A DNA stretch of 64,000 bases, from positions 2,737 through 66,736 of the forward strand of contig NZ_CBFCWJ010000040.1 of NCBI RefSeq assembly GCF_965601605.1, in the 5' to 3' direction. The stretch's first letter is position 1. Every line of letters starts with the position of its first letter. The notes beneath the pieces were generated by a model. That model ran no database searches and was not told where the DNA came from. It saw only the letters and a list, made by a program, of their open reading frames with translations. The translations under genes were made by a program, and so were the position numbers. The stretch is from Gilvibacter sp. GTDB taxonomy: Bacteria > Bacteroidota > Bacteroidia > Flavobacteriales > Flavobacteriaceae. Shown one piece after another: positions 30,332 to 40,516 of the stretch.

Positions 30332-30377
30332 CATCTTTTCTGAATCTTTTTGGCTAATTTTAGGCAAAAAGACCACA

Positions 30378-31706
30378 ATGCGGAATTCTACCCTGCTTTT
30401 GCTGCTTCTAAGCAGTATTTGTTATGCCCAGCAAGACCCTAGAATGTATGATATCATCGATGCAGTATCTGAAGACAGAATACGGCAAGACGTCAGAACC
30501 CTCGCGGATTTTGGAACGCGACACACCTTGAGCGACACCCTTTCTGAGACTCGTGGAATTGGTGCAGCTAGACGTTGGATCAAAAGTGAATTTGAAAAAA
30601 CCTCTGCTTCTTGCAACGGTTGTTTGGAGGTGTTTTATCAAAGCGATTTTGTGCCCAAAGGAGATAATCAACGCATTGTAAAAGATGTCAATGTGGTCAA
30701 TGTAGTGGCCATTCAACGCGGAACCAAATACCCCAATCGGTTCATCATCATGAGCGGGGATATAGATTCTCGTGTAAGTAATCCCAATGATTTTACTTCG
30801 GACTCCCCTGGAGCCAATGACAATGCCACAGGAATGGCTGGTGCCTTAGAAGCAGCGCGTGTGCTTTCCAAATACAGCTTTGAAAACAGCATTATTTATG
30901 TGGGTCTTAGCGGTGAAGAACAAGGCCTCTACGGAGGAAAAGGCCTAGCGGCTTATGCCAAAGAGAAAGGCTGGGAGATCATTGGAGTCTTTAACAACGA
31001 TATGATTGGAAACATCACTGGAGTTGACGGCGTGATTGACAACAGAACCTTCAGAATCTTTAGCGAGCCCTATCCACCGGAGCCAGATGCACGCAGATTA
31101 CGTGCCATGCGTTTTTACGGTGGAGAAGTTGATGGGATCTCCCGTCAATTAGCTCGTTATGTGTATAAAACCACCAAAACCTATATGCCGGAGATGAATC
31201 CGATGATGGTTTATCGCTTGGATCGCTTTGGTCGTGGTGGACATCACCGTCCCTTTAACGATGCTGGATTTGCGGGTATCCGTATCATGGAAGCCCATGA
31301 GAATTACACCCAACAGCACCAAGACATCCGAGTGGAAGACGGCATAGCCTACGGAGATACTTTTGAACATGTGAATTTTCCCTACGCCAAAAAGCTCACC
31401 GCTGTAAACGCCATAAACTTAGCAAGCTTGGCTTGGGCGCCACCCGCACCTAAAGAAGTTGGTATTGGCGGAATTGTAGAGGCCAGTGCCCGTTTAGAAT
31501 GGTCTGCCGTTGAAGGCGCTGTAGCCTATAAGATCTACTGGCGAGACACTACATCACCGACTTGGGACAATGCCCGAATTGTTACAGAAGGCACCAGCGC
31601 AACCTTAGATGGCATTGTTATTGACAACTATTTCTTCGGAGTTGCAGCCGTTGGAGCCGATGGGCACGAAAGTGAAGTTGTATTTCCCAATAAAATTATT
31701 CGTTAG
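30378..31706 (+). CDS. M28-family peptidase with C-terminal FN3-like domain
   Basis: PGANDNATG, GEEQGL, NNDMIG, GGHHRPF motifs. Confidence 0.88.
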   Translation: MRNSTLLLLLLSSICYAQQDPRMYDIIDAVSEDRIRQDVRTLADFGTRHTLSDTLSETRGIGAARRWIKSEFEKTSASCNGCLEVFYQSDFVPKGDNQRIVKDVNVVNVVAIQRGTKYPNRFIIMSGDIDSRVSNPNDFTSDSPGANDNATGMAGALEAARVLSKYSFENSIIYVGLSGEEQGLYGGKGLAAYAKEKGWEIIGVFNNDMIGNITGVDGVIDNRTFRIFSEPYPPEPDARRLRAMRFYGGEVDGISRQLARYVYKTTKTYMPEMNPMMVYRLDRFGRGGHHRPFNDAGFAGIRIMEAHENYTQQHQDIRVEDGIAYGDTFEHVNFPYAKKLTAVNAINLASLAWAPPAPKEVGIGGIVEASARLEWSAVEGAVAYKIYWRDTTSPTWDNARIVTEGTSATLDGIVIDNYFFGVAAVGADGHESEVVFPNKIIR

Positions 31707-33329
31707 ATGAATTATCGTTTTCTTTTTTTACTGCTGATCTGCAGCATTTCTTTTGGTCAAAATTATACCCGTCAAGATTCTTTAAGAGGACAAATCACTG
31801 CCGAGCGCGCTTGGTGGGACTTACAGCATTACCAGCTGGATGTCACCGTAGACATTGACAACCAAAGCCTTTCGGGCTTCAATACTATCACCTATAAAGT
31901 GTTGGAAAACGCAGATCGATTGCAACTTGATCTGCAAGAACCCATGCGAATTGATAAGGTTGTTCAAAATGGAAAAGAGCTCGAATGGACCTCAGAAGGC
32001 ATTGCCCATTTCATTCAGCTTAAAAAGAAAATGAAGCCGGGCAAAGAGGAAAAGCTCACCGTTTACTTTAGTGGAAACCCGCGTATCGCAAAAAATCCAC
32101 CTTGGGATGGCGGTTTTGTCTTTACCCAAGACAGCAACGGGAAGCCGTTTGTGGCCAATGCCAATCAAGGAATTGGCGCCAGTATTTGGTGGCCCAATAA
32201 AGACCATCCTTATGATGAGCCCGATCAAGGCACCATTATTAGCGTAACTACACCCAAAGACCTTATGGACGTCTCTAACGGCCGGTTGATCAAAGTGGAC
32301 AGCACAGCGACGACCAAGACCTGGACTTGGCAAGTAGTGAATCCCATCAATAACTACGGGATCAATATCAATATTGGAGATTATGTGCATTTTGGAGAAG
32401 ATTACGCCGGAGAAGCCGGAAAACTGGATGTAGACTATTATGTTCTCAGAGAGAATGAAGCCAAGGCCCGCAAACAATTTGAACAAACTATAGGAATGTT
32501 AGAGGCCTTTGAACATTGGTTTGGCCCCTACCCCTTTTATGAAGACGGATTCAAGCTGGTGGAAGCTCCTTACTTGGGGATGGAACATCAAAGTTCGGTT
32601 ACCTATGGCAATGGCTATAAGAATGGTTATCGCGGATATGATCTCTCTGGCAGTGGTTGGGGAATGGAGTTCGATTTTATCATTATTCACGAAGCTGGTC
32701 ACGAATGGTTTGCCAATAATATTACCAACAATGATGTGGCGGATATGTGGGTGCATGAAGGCTTCACCGCATACAGCGAAAACCTCTATTTGGATTATCA
32801 TCACGGACTTCAGGCTGCAACCGATTATGTGGTCGGAACACGAAAGATCATCATGAATGACTTACCTGTGATTGGAGATTATGGTGTTCGTAACTCGGGC
32901 AGTAGCGATATGTACTACAAAGGTGCCAATATGCTTCACACTTTGCGTATGCTTATAGAAGATGATGAACTCTGGCGCAAGATTCTCAGAGGCTTGAATG
33001 AAGACTTTAGACATCAAACTGTGAGTAGCAAACAGGTAGAAGATTATATCAGCAAAGCCACTGGCAAAGACTTATCGGCCTTCTTCAATCAATATTTGCG
33101 CACCACCATGATTCCAAATCTGGAACTCGCGATAGATGGAGATCAATTGAAGTATCGCTACACCAACATAGTAGACGATTTTGACATGCCCGTGATCATG
33201 ATGCTGAACGATCAAGAAAAATGGATCTTTCCCAACAAAGACTGGCAAACTGAAAAATGGGAGGACACAATTAACTTCGTTGGAGTTAAGCGCGATTTTT
33301 ATGTAGAACCCGTGATGCTTGAAGACTGA
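31707..33329 (+). CDS. M1-family aminopeptidase
   Basis: GMEHQ, HEAGHEWF...WVHEGF zinc motif, YYKG. Confidence 0.93.
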   Translation: MNYRFLFLLLICSISFGQNYTRQDSLRGQITAERAWWDLQHYQLDVTVDIDNQSLSGFNTITYKVLENADRLQLDLQEPMRIDKVVQNGKELEWTSEGIAHFIQLKKKMKPGKEEKLTVYFSGNPRIAKNPPWDGGFVFTQDSNGKPFVANANQGIGASIWWPNKDHPYDEPDQGTIISVTTPKDLMDVSNGRLIKVDSTATTKTWTWQVVNPINNYGININIGDYVHFGEDYAGEAGKLDVDYYVLRENEAKARKQFEQTIGMLEAFEHWFGPYPFYEDGFKLVEAPYLGMEHQSSVTYGNGYKNGYRGYDLSGSGWGMEFDFIIIHEAGHEWFANNITNNDVADMWVHEGFTAYSENLYLDYHHGLQAATDYVVGTRKIIMNDLPVIGDYGVRNSGSSDMYYKGANMLHTLRMLIEDDELWRKILRGLNEDFRHQTVSSKQVEDYISKATGKDLSAFFNQYLRTTMIPNLELAIDGDQLKYRYTNIVDDFDMPVIMMLNDQEKWIFPNKDWQTEKWEDTINFVGVKRDFYVEPVMLED

Positions 33330-33898
33330 TGGAAGAGCGTCCGGAACTGTATTTTCCACGCGATGTGGAATGGCGGGATTGGCTGGAGGTCAATCACGGA
33401 CAGTATCCCAAGGGCATCTACCTCATCTTTTATAAACTGGAGAACAATATACCCACCATGCGCTGGGAAGAAGCCGTACGCGTGGCCTTGTGTTACGGTT
33501 GGATAGATTCTACCGTAAAGAGTTTAGGAGGCGGTAAACGACGGCAATACTTCTGCCCGCGCAATCCAAAAAGCAATTGGTCCGCCTTAAATAAAAAGTA
33601 CATCACAGAATTAGAAGCTGCTGGTCTTATTCATGAAGCGGGTTATAAAATGATTGACCTCGCCAAAGAGACTGGTACTTGGACCGCCATGGACGATGTG
33701 GAAAACGGCATCATTCCCCCTGATCTGCAAAAGGCTTTTGATCGCCATCCTATGGCCTTTGAGAACTACAACAACTTTAGCCGTGGTTACAGAAAGAGTT
33801 ATCTCAGCTGGCTACATAGTGCCAAACGTGAAGAAACTCGGCAAAAACGCATTGCAGAGATCATTGAATTGTGCGCATCCAATATTAAATCGCGCTAA
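33329..33898 (+). CDS. YdeI/OmpD-associated family protein
   Basis: EEAVRVALCYGWIDS, PRNPKSNWSALNK, AKREETRQKRI. Confidence 0.9.
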   Translation: MEERPELYFPRDVEWRDWLEVNHGQYPKGIYLIFYKLENNIPTMRWEEAVRVALCYGWIDSTVKSLGGGKRRQYFCPRNPKSNWSALNKKYITELEAAGLIHEAGYKMIDLAKETGTWTAMDDVENGIIPPDLQKAFDRHPMAFENYNNFSRGYRKSYLSWLHSAKREETRQKRIAEIIELCASNIKSR

Positions 33899-33926
33899 AA
33901 GAGTATCTTTAATAAATTTCACTAAC

Positions 33927-36900
33927 ATGACGCGATCATTCACGCTAATTTGCCTCTTGTGCGTATCATTCACCTTTGCACAAAAAGAGGATGCTTCATG
34001 GGACGTAACCGCTCCTGGAGACGATTTCAATTATAAAACGCACCGCTTTACCACTACTGAGGGTACTTGGATGAATCTGGATGTAAGTCCAGATGGTAAG
34101 ACCATTGTCTTTGACATGCTTGGCGATATTTACAGCCTCTCAACCAATGGCGGGAAGGCCAAAGTGTTGCGCAGTGGAATTCCTTTTGAAATTCAGCCGC
34201 GATTTAGCCCAGACGGAACCAAGATTCTCTTTACTAGTGATGCGGGTGGCGGTGATAATATTTGGGTCATGGATGCTGATGGATCCAACGCTAAACAGAT
34301 CACCAAAGAAAACTTTAGACTGCTCAACAACGCTGCATGGATGCCAGACGGCTATTCGTTTGTAGCTCGTAAACACTTTACTTCTGGGCGTTCCTTAGGA
34401 GCTGGAGAAATGTGGCAGTATCACATCACCGGCGGGAGCGGAATCCAATTGACCAAACGCAAGAACGATCAGCAAGACGTGAATGAGCCTGTGATTAGCC
34501 CTGATGGAAAGTACCTCTACTACAGCGAGGACGTTTATCCTGGAGGCTTTTTCCAATACAACAAAGACCCGAATAAGCAGATTTATGTCATTAATCGCTA
34601 TGAATTTGCCACGGGTAAAACCACTCAGCTTACTGGAGGACCTGGTGGTGCAGCACGTCCGCAGCTTTCTCCAGACGGAACCATGATGGCTTTTGTAAAA
34701 CGGGTCCGCACTAAATCAGTTTTATACATTCACAACTTAGAGACTGGCGTAGAATACCCAGTATTTGATGCGCTGAACAAAGATCAGCAAGAGGCTTGGG
34801 CTATCTTTGGCGTTTATCCAAACTTTGACTGGTTGCCAGACAACAAGCATTTGGTCTTTTGGGCAAAGGGAAAGATCCACAAGCTCAATATTGCAGACCT
34901 TAGCCTTTCTGTGATTCCTTTTGAGGCGGATGTAAAACTTGAGTTGGCAGAAACGGTTCATTTCAACACGCCCATTTCTGATAAAGACTTCACCAGTAAA
35001 GCTATTCGACAAGCTGTTACCTCACCTGATGGGAAAACGCTTGTTTTTCACGCCTTGGGATATTTATGGACCAAGTCCTTACCTAACGGCACCCCTAAGA
35101 GATTAACTCAAGGCACCGATTTCGAGTTTGAGCCAAGCTTCTCCCCAAACGGAAACAGGATCGTTTTCGTTACTTGGAACGACTTAGAAAAAGGTGCCGT
35201 TTTTTCCATCCCAACCTCAGGTGGGTCGGCAACGCGACTCACTTCGGAAAAAGCGATTTACAGAACTCCGGCCTACAACAGAGCGGGAACGCAGATCACA
35301 TTTAGACGAGAAGGTGGCAATACCGACCAAGGATTCACTTATACTAAAGACAGTGGTCTTTACAGTATGAATGCCGATGGGAGCGGAATGAAGAAACTTA
35401 CCACAGAAGGTGAATATCCGAGCTATAACAGTACGGACAGCCGTATTTATTACCAAACTGGAGGCACCTACTTTGGAAATAACACCAAAAGTTTGCACAG
35501 TGTTGATCTCAATGGGCAGGACAAACAAACTCACGTGAGCTCCAAATATGCAAACCGCTTGGTACCGAGTCCAGACGATCAGTGGATCGGGTTTAGCAAC
35601 TTGCATCGCGCTTATATTGCGCCTTTGGTGCTCAATGGAAAAACCCAAGACCTCACGCCAAACAGCACTAATGTTCCGGTGGTTCAAGTCAGCAAGGATG
35701 CTGGGATCAATATACACTGGTCTTCAGATAGTAAAGCTATGATGTGGACTTTAGGTGATGAATATTTTAAAAACGATCTGACTGACAAGTTTGGCTTTAT
35801 TCCTGGTGGAAAAGAAGAGGCCACTGACATGAGTGAATCGGGCATAAAAATTGGCTTACAACCGGCCGTGGACAAACCCAGCGGTGTTATTGCCTTTACC
35901 AATGCTCGAATTATTACGATGGAAGGCGATCAAGTCATAGAAAATGGAACCATAGTCATCAAGGCCAATAGAATTGCTGCTGTTGGAGCAGCTGATGATG
36001 TAAGCGTTCCAAGTGGCGCTAAGGTCATGGATATGAGTGGCAAGACCATTATGCCAGGTATGGTTGATGCGCATGCACATCTAGGAGCCTTCCGCTACGG
36101 ACTCACTACGCAGCAAAACTGGCAACTTACAGCCAATTTGGCCTTTGGTGTAACCACAGCGCATGACCCATCAGCAAATACAGAGACGGTCTTTACCTTA
36201 TCTGAAATGGTAAAAGCAGGTAATCTTGTTGGACCACGCATCTACTCTACCGGTTTTATCCTTTACGGTGCTGATGGAGATTTTAAAGCGGTGATAAACA
36301 GTTTAGACGATGCCAGATCGGCCATAAAAAGAACTAAAGCTTTTGGAGCAACTTCTGTGAAGAGTTACAACCAACCCAGACGTGAGCAGCGCCAACAGGT
36401 CATGCAGGCGGCGCGTGAGTTGGGCATCAATGTAGTGCCAGAAGGCGGATCCACCTTCTTCCATAACCTGACTATGGTGATGGACGGACATACCGGTGTT
36501 GAACACAACATTCCAATTGCACCAGTTTACAAAGATGTGATTGAACTTTGGAAGAATTCTGGAACAGGATACACCCCGACGCATATTGTAAACTATTCCA
36601 GCATGAGTGGTGAATACTACTGGTATCAAACCACCAATGTTTGGGAGAATGAAAAATTGCTGAAATACACACCCAGAAGTGTCATTGACGCGCGTTCCAG
36701 ACACCGCACTATGATTCCTATGGAAGAATATACCAATGGGCACATCTTGAATTCACAGACCACGACCGCCTTGGCGAATGCTGGGGTAAAAGTAAATATG
36801 GGAGCTCATGGACAATTGCAAGGAATGGGCGCCCATTGGGAAACCTGGATGCTTGCTCAAGGAGGAATGACTCCGTTACAAGCCTTGCAGGCGGCAACCA

Positions 36901-37211
36901 TAAACGGAGCAGAGTATATCGGTGCTGGGAATGACATAGGTTCCTTGAAGGTTGGAAAATTGGCGGATCTTTTAATTTTGGATGAAAATCCGTTAGAAGA
37001 CATTCAAAACACCAACACCATACTATACACCATGGTCAACGGTCGTTTATACGATACCTCAACCATGGATGAAGTTGGGAATTCGCCTAAAAAGAGATTG
37101 CCGTTCTACTGGGAACAACCGGGCTATAACCAAGCGTTTCCTTGGCATGAAGAAAGCAACAGCTTCTTAAGACCGGGCTGCGGTTGCCATATTGGACATC
37201 AAGCAAACTAG
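33927..37211 (+). CDS. Secreted amidohydrolase with TolB/PD40 beta-propeller domains
   Basis: True start MTRSFTLICLL at 33927; many SPDG repeats; MPGMVDAHAH, GAHGQ, GSLKVGKLADL. Confidence 0.9.
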   Translation: MTRSFTLICLLCVSFTFAQKEDASWDVTAPGDDFNYKTHRFTTTEGTWMNLDVSPDGKTIVFDMLGDIYSLSTNGGKAKVLRSGIPFEIQPRFSPDGTKILFTSDAGGGDNIWVMDADGSNAKQITKENFRLLNNAAWMPDGYSFVARKHFTSGRSLGAGEMWQYHITGGSGIQLTKRKNDQQDVNEPVISPDGKYLYYSEDVYPGGFFQYNKDPNKQIYVINRYEFATGKTTQLTGGPGGAARPQLSPDGTMMAFVKRVRTKSVLYIHNLETGVEYPVFDALNKDQQEAWAIFGVYPNFDWLPDNKHLVFWAKGKIHKLNIADLSLSVIPFEADVKLELAETVHFNTPISDKDFTSKAIRQAVTSPDGKTLVFHALGYLWTKSLPNGTPKRLTQGTDFEFEPSFSPNGNRIVFVTWNDLEKGAVFSIPTSGGSATRLTSEKAIYRTPAYNRAGTQITFRREGGNTDQGFTYTKDSGLYSMNADGSGMKKLTTEGEYPSYNSTDSRIYYQTGGTYFGNNTKSLHSVDLNGQDKQTHVSSKYANRLVPSPDDQWIGFSNLHRAYIAPLVLNGKTQDLTPNSTNVPVVQVSKDAGINIHWSSDSKAMMWTLGDEYFKNDLTDKFGFIPGGKEEATDMSESGIKIGLQPAVDKPSGVIAFTNARIITMEGDQVIENGTIVIKANRIAAVGAADDVSVPSGAKVMDMSGKTIMPGMVDAHAHLGAFRYGLTTQQNWQLTANLAFGVTTAHDPSANTETVFTLSEMVKAGNLVGPRIYSTGFILYGADGDFKAVINSLDDARSAIKRTKAFGATSVKSYNQPRREQRQQVMQAARELGINVVPEGGSTFFHNLTMVMDGHTGVEHNIPIAPVYKDVIELWKNSGTGYTPTHIVNYSSMSGEYYWYQTTNVWENEKLLKYTPRSVIDARSRHRTMIPMEEYTNGHILNSQTTTALANAGVKVNMGAHGQLQGMGAHWETWMLAQGGMTPLQALQAATINGAEYIGAGNDIGSLKVGKLADLLILDENPLEDIQNTNTILYTMVNGRLYDTSTMDEVGNSPKKRLPFYWEQPGYNQAFPWHEESNSFLRPGCGCHIGHQAN

Positions 37212-37220
37212 TAATGCATT

Positions 37221-37517
37221 ATGAAATATTGGAGAGCCCTACTCCATTATTATTTTAGTCAACTGATCCCAGGATTGGCCTTATTCTTCTTGAGCTGGGC
37301 CTTTATTGATCTGATTTGGGCGATGGGTATTTACATACTCTTTGCGCATATTGTAGGCTATCTCGCTTTTAGATCTTTTTACGCAGAACAGCTCAACTTC
37401 TATAATAATCTGGGTTTTACCACAGGACGCTTACTGCTAAATGTCTTTTACATCAACCTAGTACTTTTGGTTGTTTTGGCAGCACTGGTGTCATTAATTC
37501 TTTGGGTTTTATTTTGA
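37221..37517 (+). CDS. Small hydrophobic membrane protein (98 aa)
   Basis: About three TM segments, FYNNLG motif; stop overlaps the next start (TTGA). Confidence 0.7.
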   Translation: MKYWRALLHYYFSQLIPGLALFFLSWAFIDLIWAMGIYILFAHIVGYLAFRSFYAEQLNFYNNLGFTTGRLLLNVFYINLVLLVVLAALVSLILWVLF

Positions 37518-38170
37518 AGCTGATCGGACTCAATATTACCAAGTCATTCGGCTCCAGTAAAATACTGGAGGATGTTTCTTTGCAAATCAATTCCGGAGGT
37601 ATTTTTGGATTGTTAGGCCGAAACGGCTGTGGTAAGTCTACACTTTTAAAAATACTTTTTGGAAGCTTAAAGGCAGATTCAGGCTCCTTATACCTCAATC
37701 AAGAGGTGTATGAACCCTATCGCAATTTTAAGCAGCAAAAGGTCGCCTATTTGGCCCAAGACGGGATGTATCCGCGGCAACTCAAAGTAAAAGACCTGAT
37801 ACCTATGGTCTCCCCTGATGGAGAGGCCCAGGACCGCATCTTCTATACCCCTGGCATTCATGAGCTCACTAAGAAATGGGTGGGTTCGCTCTCTGAAGGA
37901 CAACGTACCTATTTAGGGGTTGTACTGTCTTGTTATATGCCGCACCCTGTTTTACTTCTGGACGAACCTTTTTCCATGACCGATCCAAAAACCATAGAAC
38001 AAATCAAAGTCCTTTTGGAAGAAACTACTAAGCAAAAAGCGGTTCTGATTACTGATCATTACTACCACGATGTCATGGAACTGTGCAGTGAGATCAGAGT
38101 CTTACAGCATGGAAAACTTCATGAGATCAAGCAAGAAGACGATCTTAAACGCTTAGGGTACATCCGATAA
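37514..38170 (+). CDS. ABC-type ATP-binding protein (LptB-like)
   Basis: GRNGCGKS, LSEGQ, LLLDEPFS, LITDH; probable TTG start at 37514. Confidence 0.85.
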   Translation: MKLIGLNITKSFGSSKILEDVSLQINSGGIFGLLGRNGCGKSTLLKILFGSLKADSGSLYLNQEVYEPYRNFKQQKVAYLAQDGMYPRQLKVKDLIPMVSPDGEAQDRIFYTPGIHELTKKWVGSLSEGQRTYLGVVLSCYMPHPVLLLDEPFSMTDPKTIEQIKVLLEETTKQKAVLITDHYYHDVMELCSEIRVLQHGKLHEIKQEDDLKRLGYIR

Positions 38171-38280
38171 GATGCAAAAATCCTCCACAAACGGGATATC
38201 ACATTAAATTTCCATTACCCGTTAGAAATTCCTGCAGTTGATTCGTATCTTTAAAAAAGTAATACTAAACATTAAGAGAC

Positions 38281-38658
38281 ATGATCAAGACAAAATATCA
38301 AAGTGTACTGGATTTAGGTGAAAAACTAAACATTCAGAACGGAGACGTTCGTGAAGAAGACGGACAACTCAAAGTATGGGGTACAGCTGCTACTCCTTAT
38401 GAAAAGAACCTATTGTGGGATGAGATCAAGAAGGTAGGCGGAGAAAGCCCTGCAGACATCATGGCTGATATTCAGGTAGCCGATGATTCTGTATACCACC
38501 GTCACACTGTGGCTAGCGGAGAATCTTTAAGCAAGATCGCTAAGCACTACTACAAAGATCCAATGAAGTATCAGGCGATTTTTGAGGCCAATACGGACAT
38601 CCTTAAGAATCCAGATATGATCCACCCAGGACAAGAATTGGTTATCCCTAACCTATAA
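38281..38658 (+). CDS. LysM peptidoglycan-binding protein (Kbp/YgaU-like)
   Basis: HTVASGESLSKIAKHYY...IFEAN...PDMIHPGQELVIP. Confidence 0.92.
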   Translation: MIKTKYQSVLDLGEKLNIQNGDVREEDGQLKVWGTAATPYEKNLLWDEIKKVGGESPADIMADIQVADDSVYHRHTVASGESLSKIAKHYYKDPMKYQAIFEANTDILKNPDMIHPGQELVIPNL

Positions 38659-38675
38659 TTGACACTTGAACACTT

Positions 38676-38700
38676 AAAAAACCGCCTTAGGGCGGTTTTT
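38676..38700. terminator. Bidirectional terminator
   Basis: AAAAAACCGCC-TTAG-GGCGGTTTTT. Confidence 0.85.
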
Positions 38701-38706
38701 TTATTT

Positions 38707-39435
38707 CTAAACGATCAATTTTTTAACGGCTTCTACATAGCCCCGACTCACCCGAACGCTGGCACCGCTCTTGACTGTGATGTCATAGGTTTTACCGTAT
38801 TTAGCTACTTCTTGAATGGCTTGAAGATTCACCAAAGAAGATCGGTGGACGCGCAAAAATAGCTTGGGATCCAATTTATCTGCCAAGGCACTGATTCCGT
38901 AATTGCTTACAAAACTACCCGCTGCGGTGTGCAACTTGGAATAATCACCATAGGCTTCAATCCATTCGATTTGAGCTACCTCAATAGTGATTAGTTTTTT
39001 GTTGGAGGATACCAAAACCCGCTCGGGATAATGGGCCGTATCCATAAGTAAAGTGTTAGTAAGTGGCGCCAAGGCTTGCTGCGGATCTGACTTGGTCAAA
39101 CGTTCCACTGCTACTCTAAAACGATCTTTGGTGTAAGGCTTCAATAAATAATCCACTGCGTGCACTTCAAAGGCCTTTAAGGCGTATTTATCATAAGCAG
39201 TAGAGAAAATAATCTGCGGCAGTTCCTCCAAGCGCGTAATCACTTCAAATCCTGTGAGCCCGGGCATTTGAATATCCAGAAACACTAAATCGGGTTTAAA
39301 GCGATTGATCTCTTTTACAGCATCAACGCCATTGTTAACCTCAGCTATTACAATGAGATCTGGGTAATCTTCTAAGTATTCGCGAATCAACGAACGCCCT
39401 GCCTGCTCGTCATCAACAATAATAACCTTCTGCAC
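38707..39435 (-). CDS. LytTR-family response regulator (system 1)
   Basis: Receiver IVDDE...FLDIQMP...DYLLKP; LytTR FLRVHRS. GTG start overlaps the kinase stop. Confidence 0.95.
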   Translation of the reverse strand: MQKVIIVDDEQAGRSLIREYLEDYPDLIVIAEVNNGVDAVKEINRFKPDLVFLDIQMPGLTGFEVITRLEELPQIIFSTAYDKYALKAFEVHAVDYLLKPYTKDRFRVAVERLTKSDPQQALAPLTNTLLMDTAHYPERVLVSSNKKLITIEVAQIEWIEAYGDYSKLHTAAGSFVSNYGISALADKLDPKLFLRVHRSSLVNLQAIQEVAKYGKTYDITVKSGASVRVSRGYVEAVKKLIV

Positions 39436-40514
39436 TAAATGACAAATTTTATAATGGCTCCTTGAGGTGTATTGTCAAAGATCTCTAATTGTGATTGATA
39501 CATCTTTTGCAAACGCAGATGCGTATTGGCCAATCCTATTCCTTTGGTAAACGCGGCTTCCTTGTCAGCAATGCCCACCCCAGTGTCGGCTACCTCAAAC
39601 ATGAGCTTCTCCTCTTTTTTAAAGATGCTGATACTGATGGAACCGCCTTCAATTATGCTGGAGAGGCCATGTTTAATGGAATTCTCTACCAGAGGTTGCA
39701 GAAGCATCGGCGGAATCTTTTCATCGTACAGAGACTGATCTACGTTAAAATTCAAAGACAGTCTATCTCCATAACGCGCTTTCTCCAAATCTAGATATTT
39801 GGTAACAAATTCCAACTCTTCTCCTAAAGTGACCAACTCTTCTTGTGATGCGCGCAGTTGATATCTGAACAAATCAGAAAGTTGCGCGATCATGGTACGT
39901 GTCTTTTCTTGACCTGGAGGTACTGAGGCGTTGATGGTATTGAATACGTTGTATAAGAAGTGTGGATTCAATTGGGCTTTGATCGCGGAGAGTTCGCTCT
40001 TTAAAGCCGCTTGACGCAATTCTCCTTCTAGTTTTAGTTTCTCCTGATTCTTTCTAAAATATTCATAGGCATGAAAAAATCCGAATTGGATCATATAAAA
40101 CAGTGCCGGAATATATACATCCCAAACTTCCGCACCTCCTTGCAAATGCCACATGCCCCAGGCTTCACTGAGCTCGTAATAGATAAACTTTGACGCAAAC
40201 ACAAAGATGGGAAGCGTGATAATATGTACCAGCAGGCGTTGATAGAGTCTCCAATCTTTGAGTCCTCTAAAAATCAGCAGCCAGACGGGAATCGTCAATA
40301 AAAAGAAAATGGTGTACTGCATCCCTCCGCGGCGAATAAAGGGCACCAATTGAAAAATAGCGTCTTCTGGATCGTTATAACCTGCGCGATTCACCCAAAG
40401 GGTAATGTGGTACATCAATGCAAAGAGCATATAAAGCCCAAAGGTGATCAAAATATCTTTGATCCGCACACTTGCTACGGTCCTGTCGTACCAGGCTGTT
40501 TTGGTGGTTTCCAT
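39435..40514 (-). CDS. LytS-type sensor histidine kinase (system 1)
   Basis: Four TM helices; LKSELSAIKAQLNPHFLYN; LQPLVENSIKHG; DTGVG; GIGLAN. Confidence 0.95.
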   Translation of the reverse strand: METTKTAWYDRTVASVRIKDILITFGLYMLFALMYHITLWVNRAGYNDPEDAIFQLVPFIRRGGMQYTIFFLLTIPVWLLIFRGLKDWRLYQRLLVHIITLPIFVFASKFIYYELSEAWGMWHLQGGAEVWDVYIPALFYMIQFGFFHAYEYFRKNQEKLKLEGELRQAALKSELSAIKAQLNPHFLYNVFNTINASVPPGQEKTRTMIAQLSDLFRYQLRASQEELVTLGEELEFVTKYLDLEKARYGDRLSLNFNVDQSLYDEKIPPMLLQPLVENSIKHGLSSIIEGGSISISIFKKEEKLMFEVADTGVGIADKEAAFTKGIGLANTHLRLQKMYQSQLEIFDNTPQGAIIKFVI

Positions 40515-40516
40515 GA

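Noticed and set aside
33654-33926. N-terminal extension of the amidohydrolase overlapping the YdeI gene
   Set aside because: The signal peptide begins at ATG 33927; the extension is an open shadow frame of the upstream gene.
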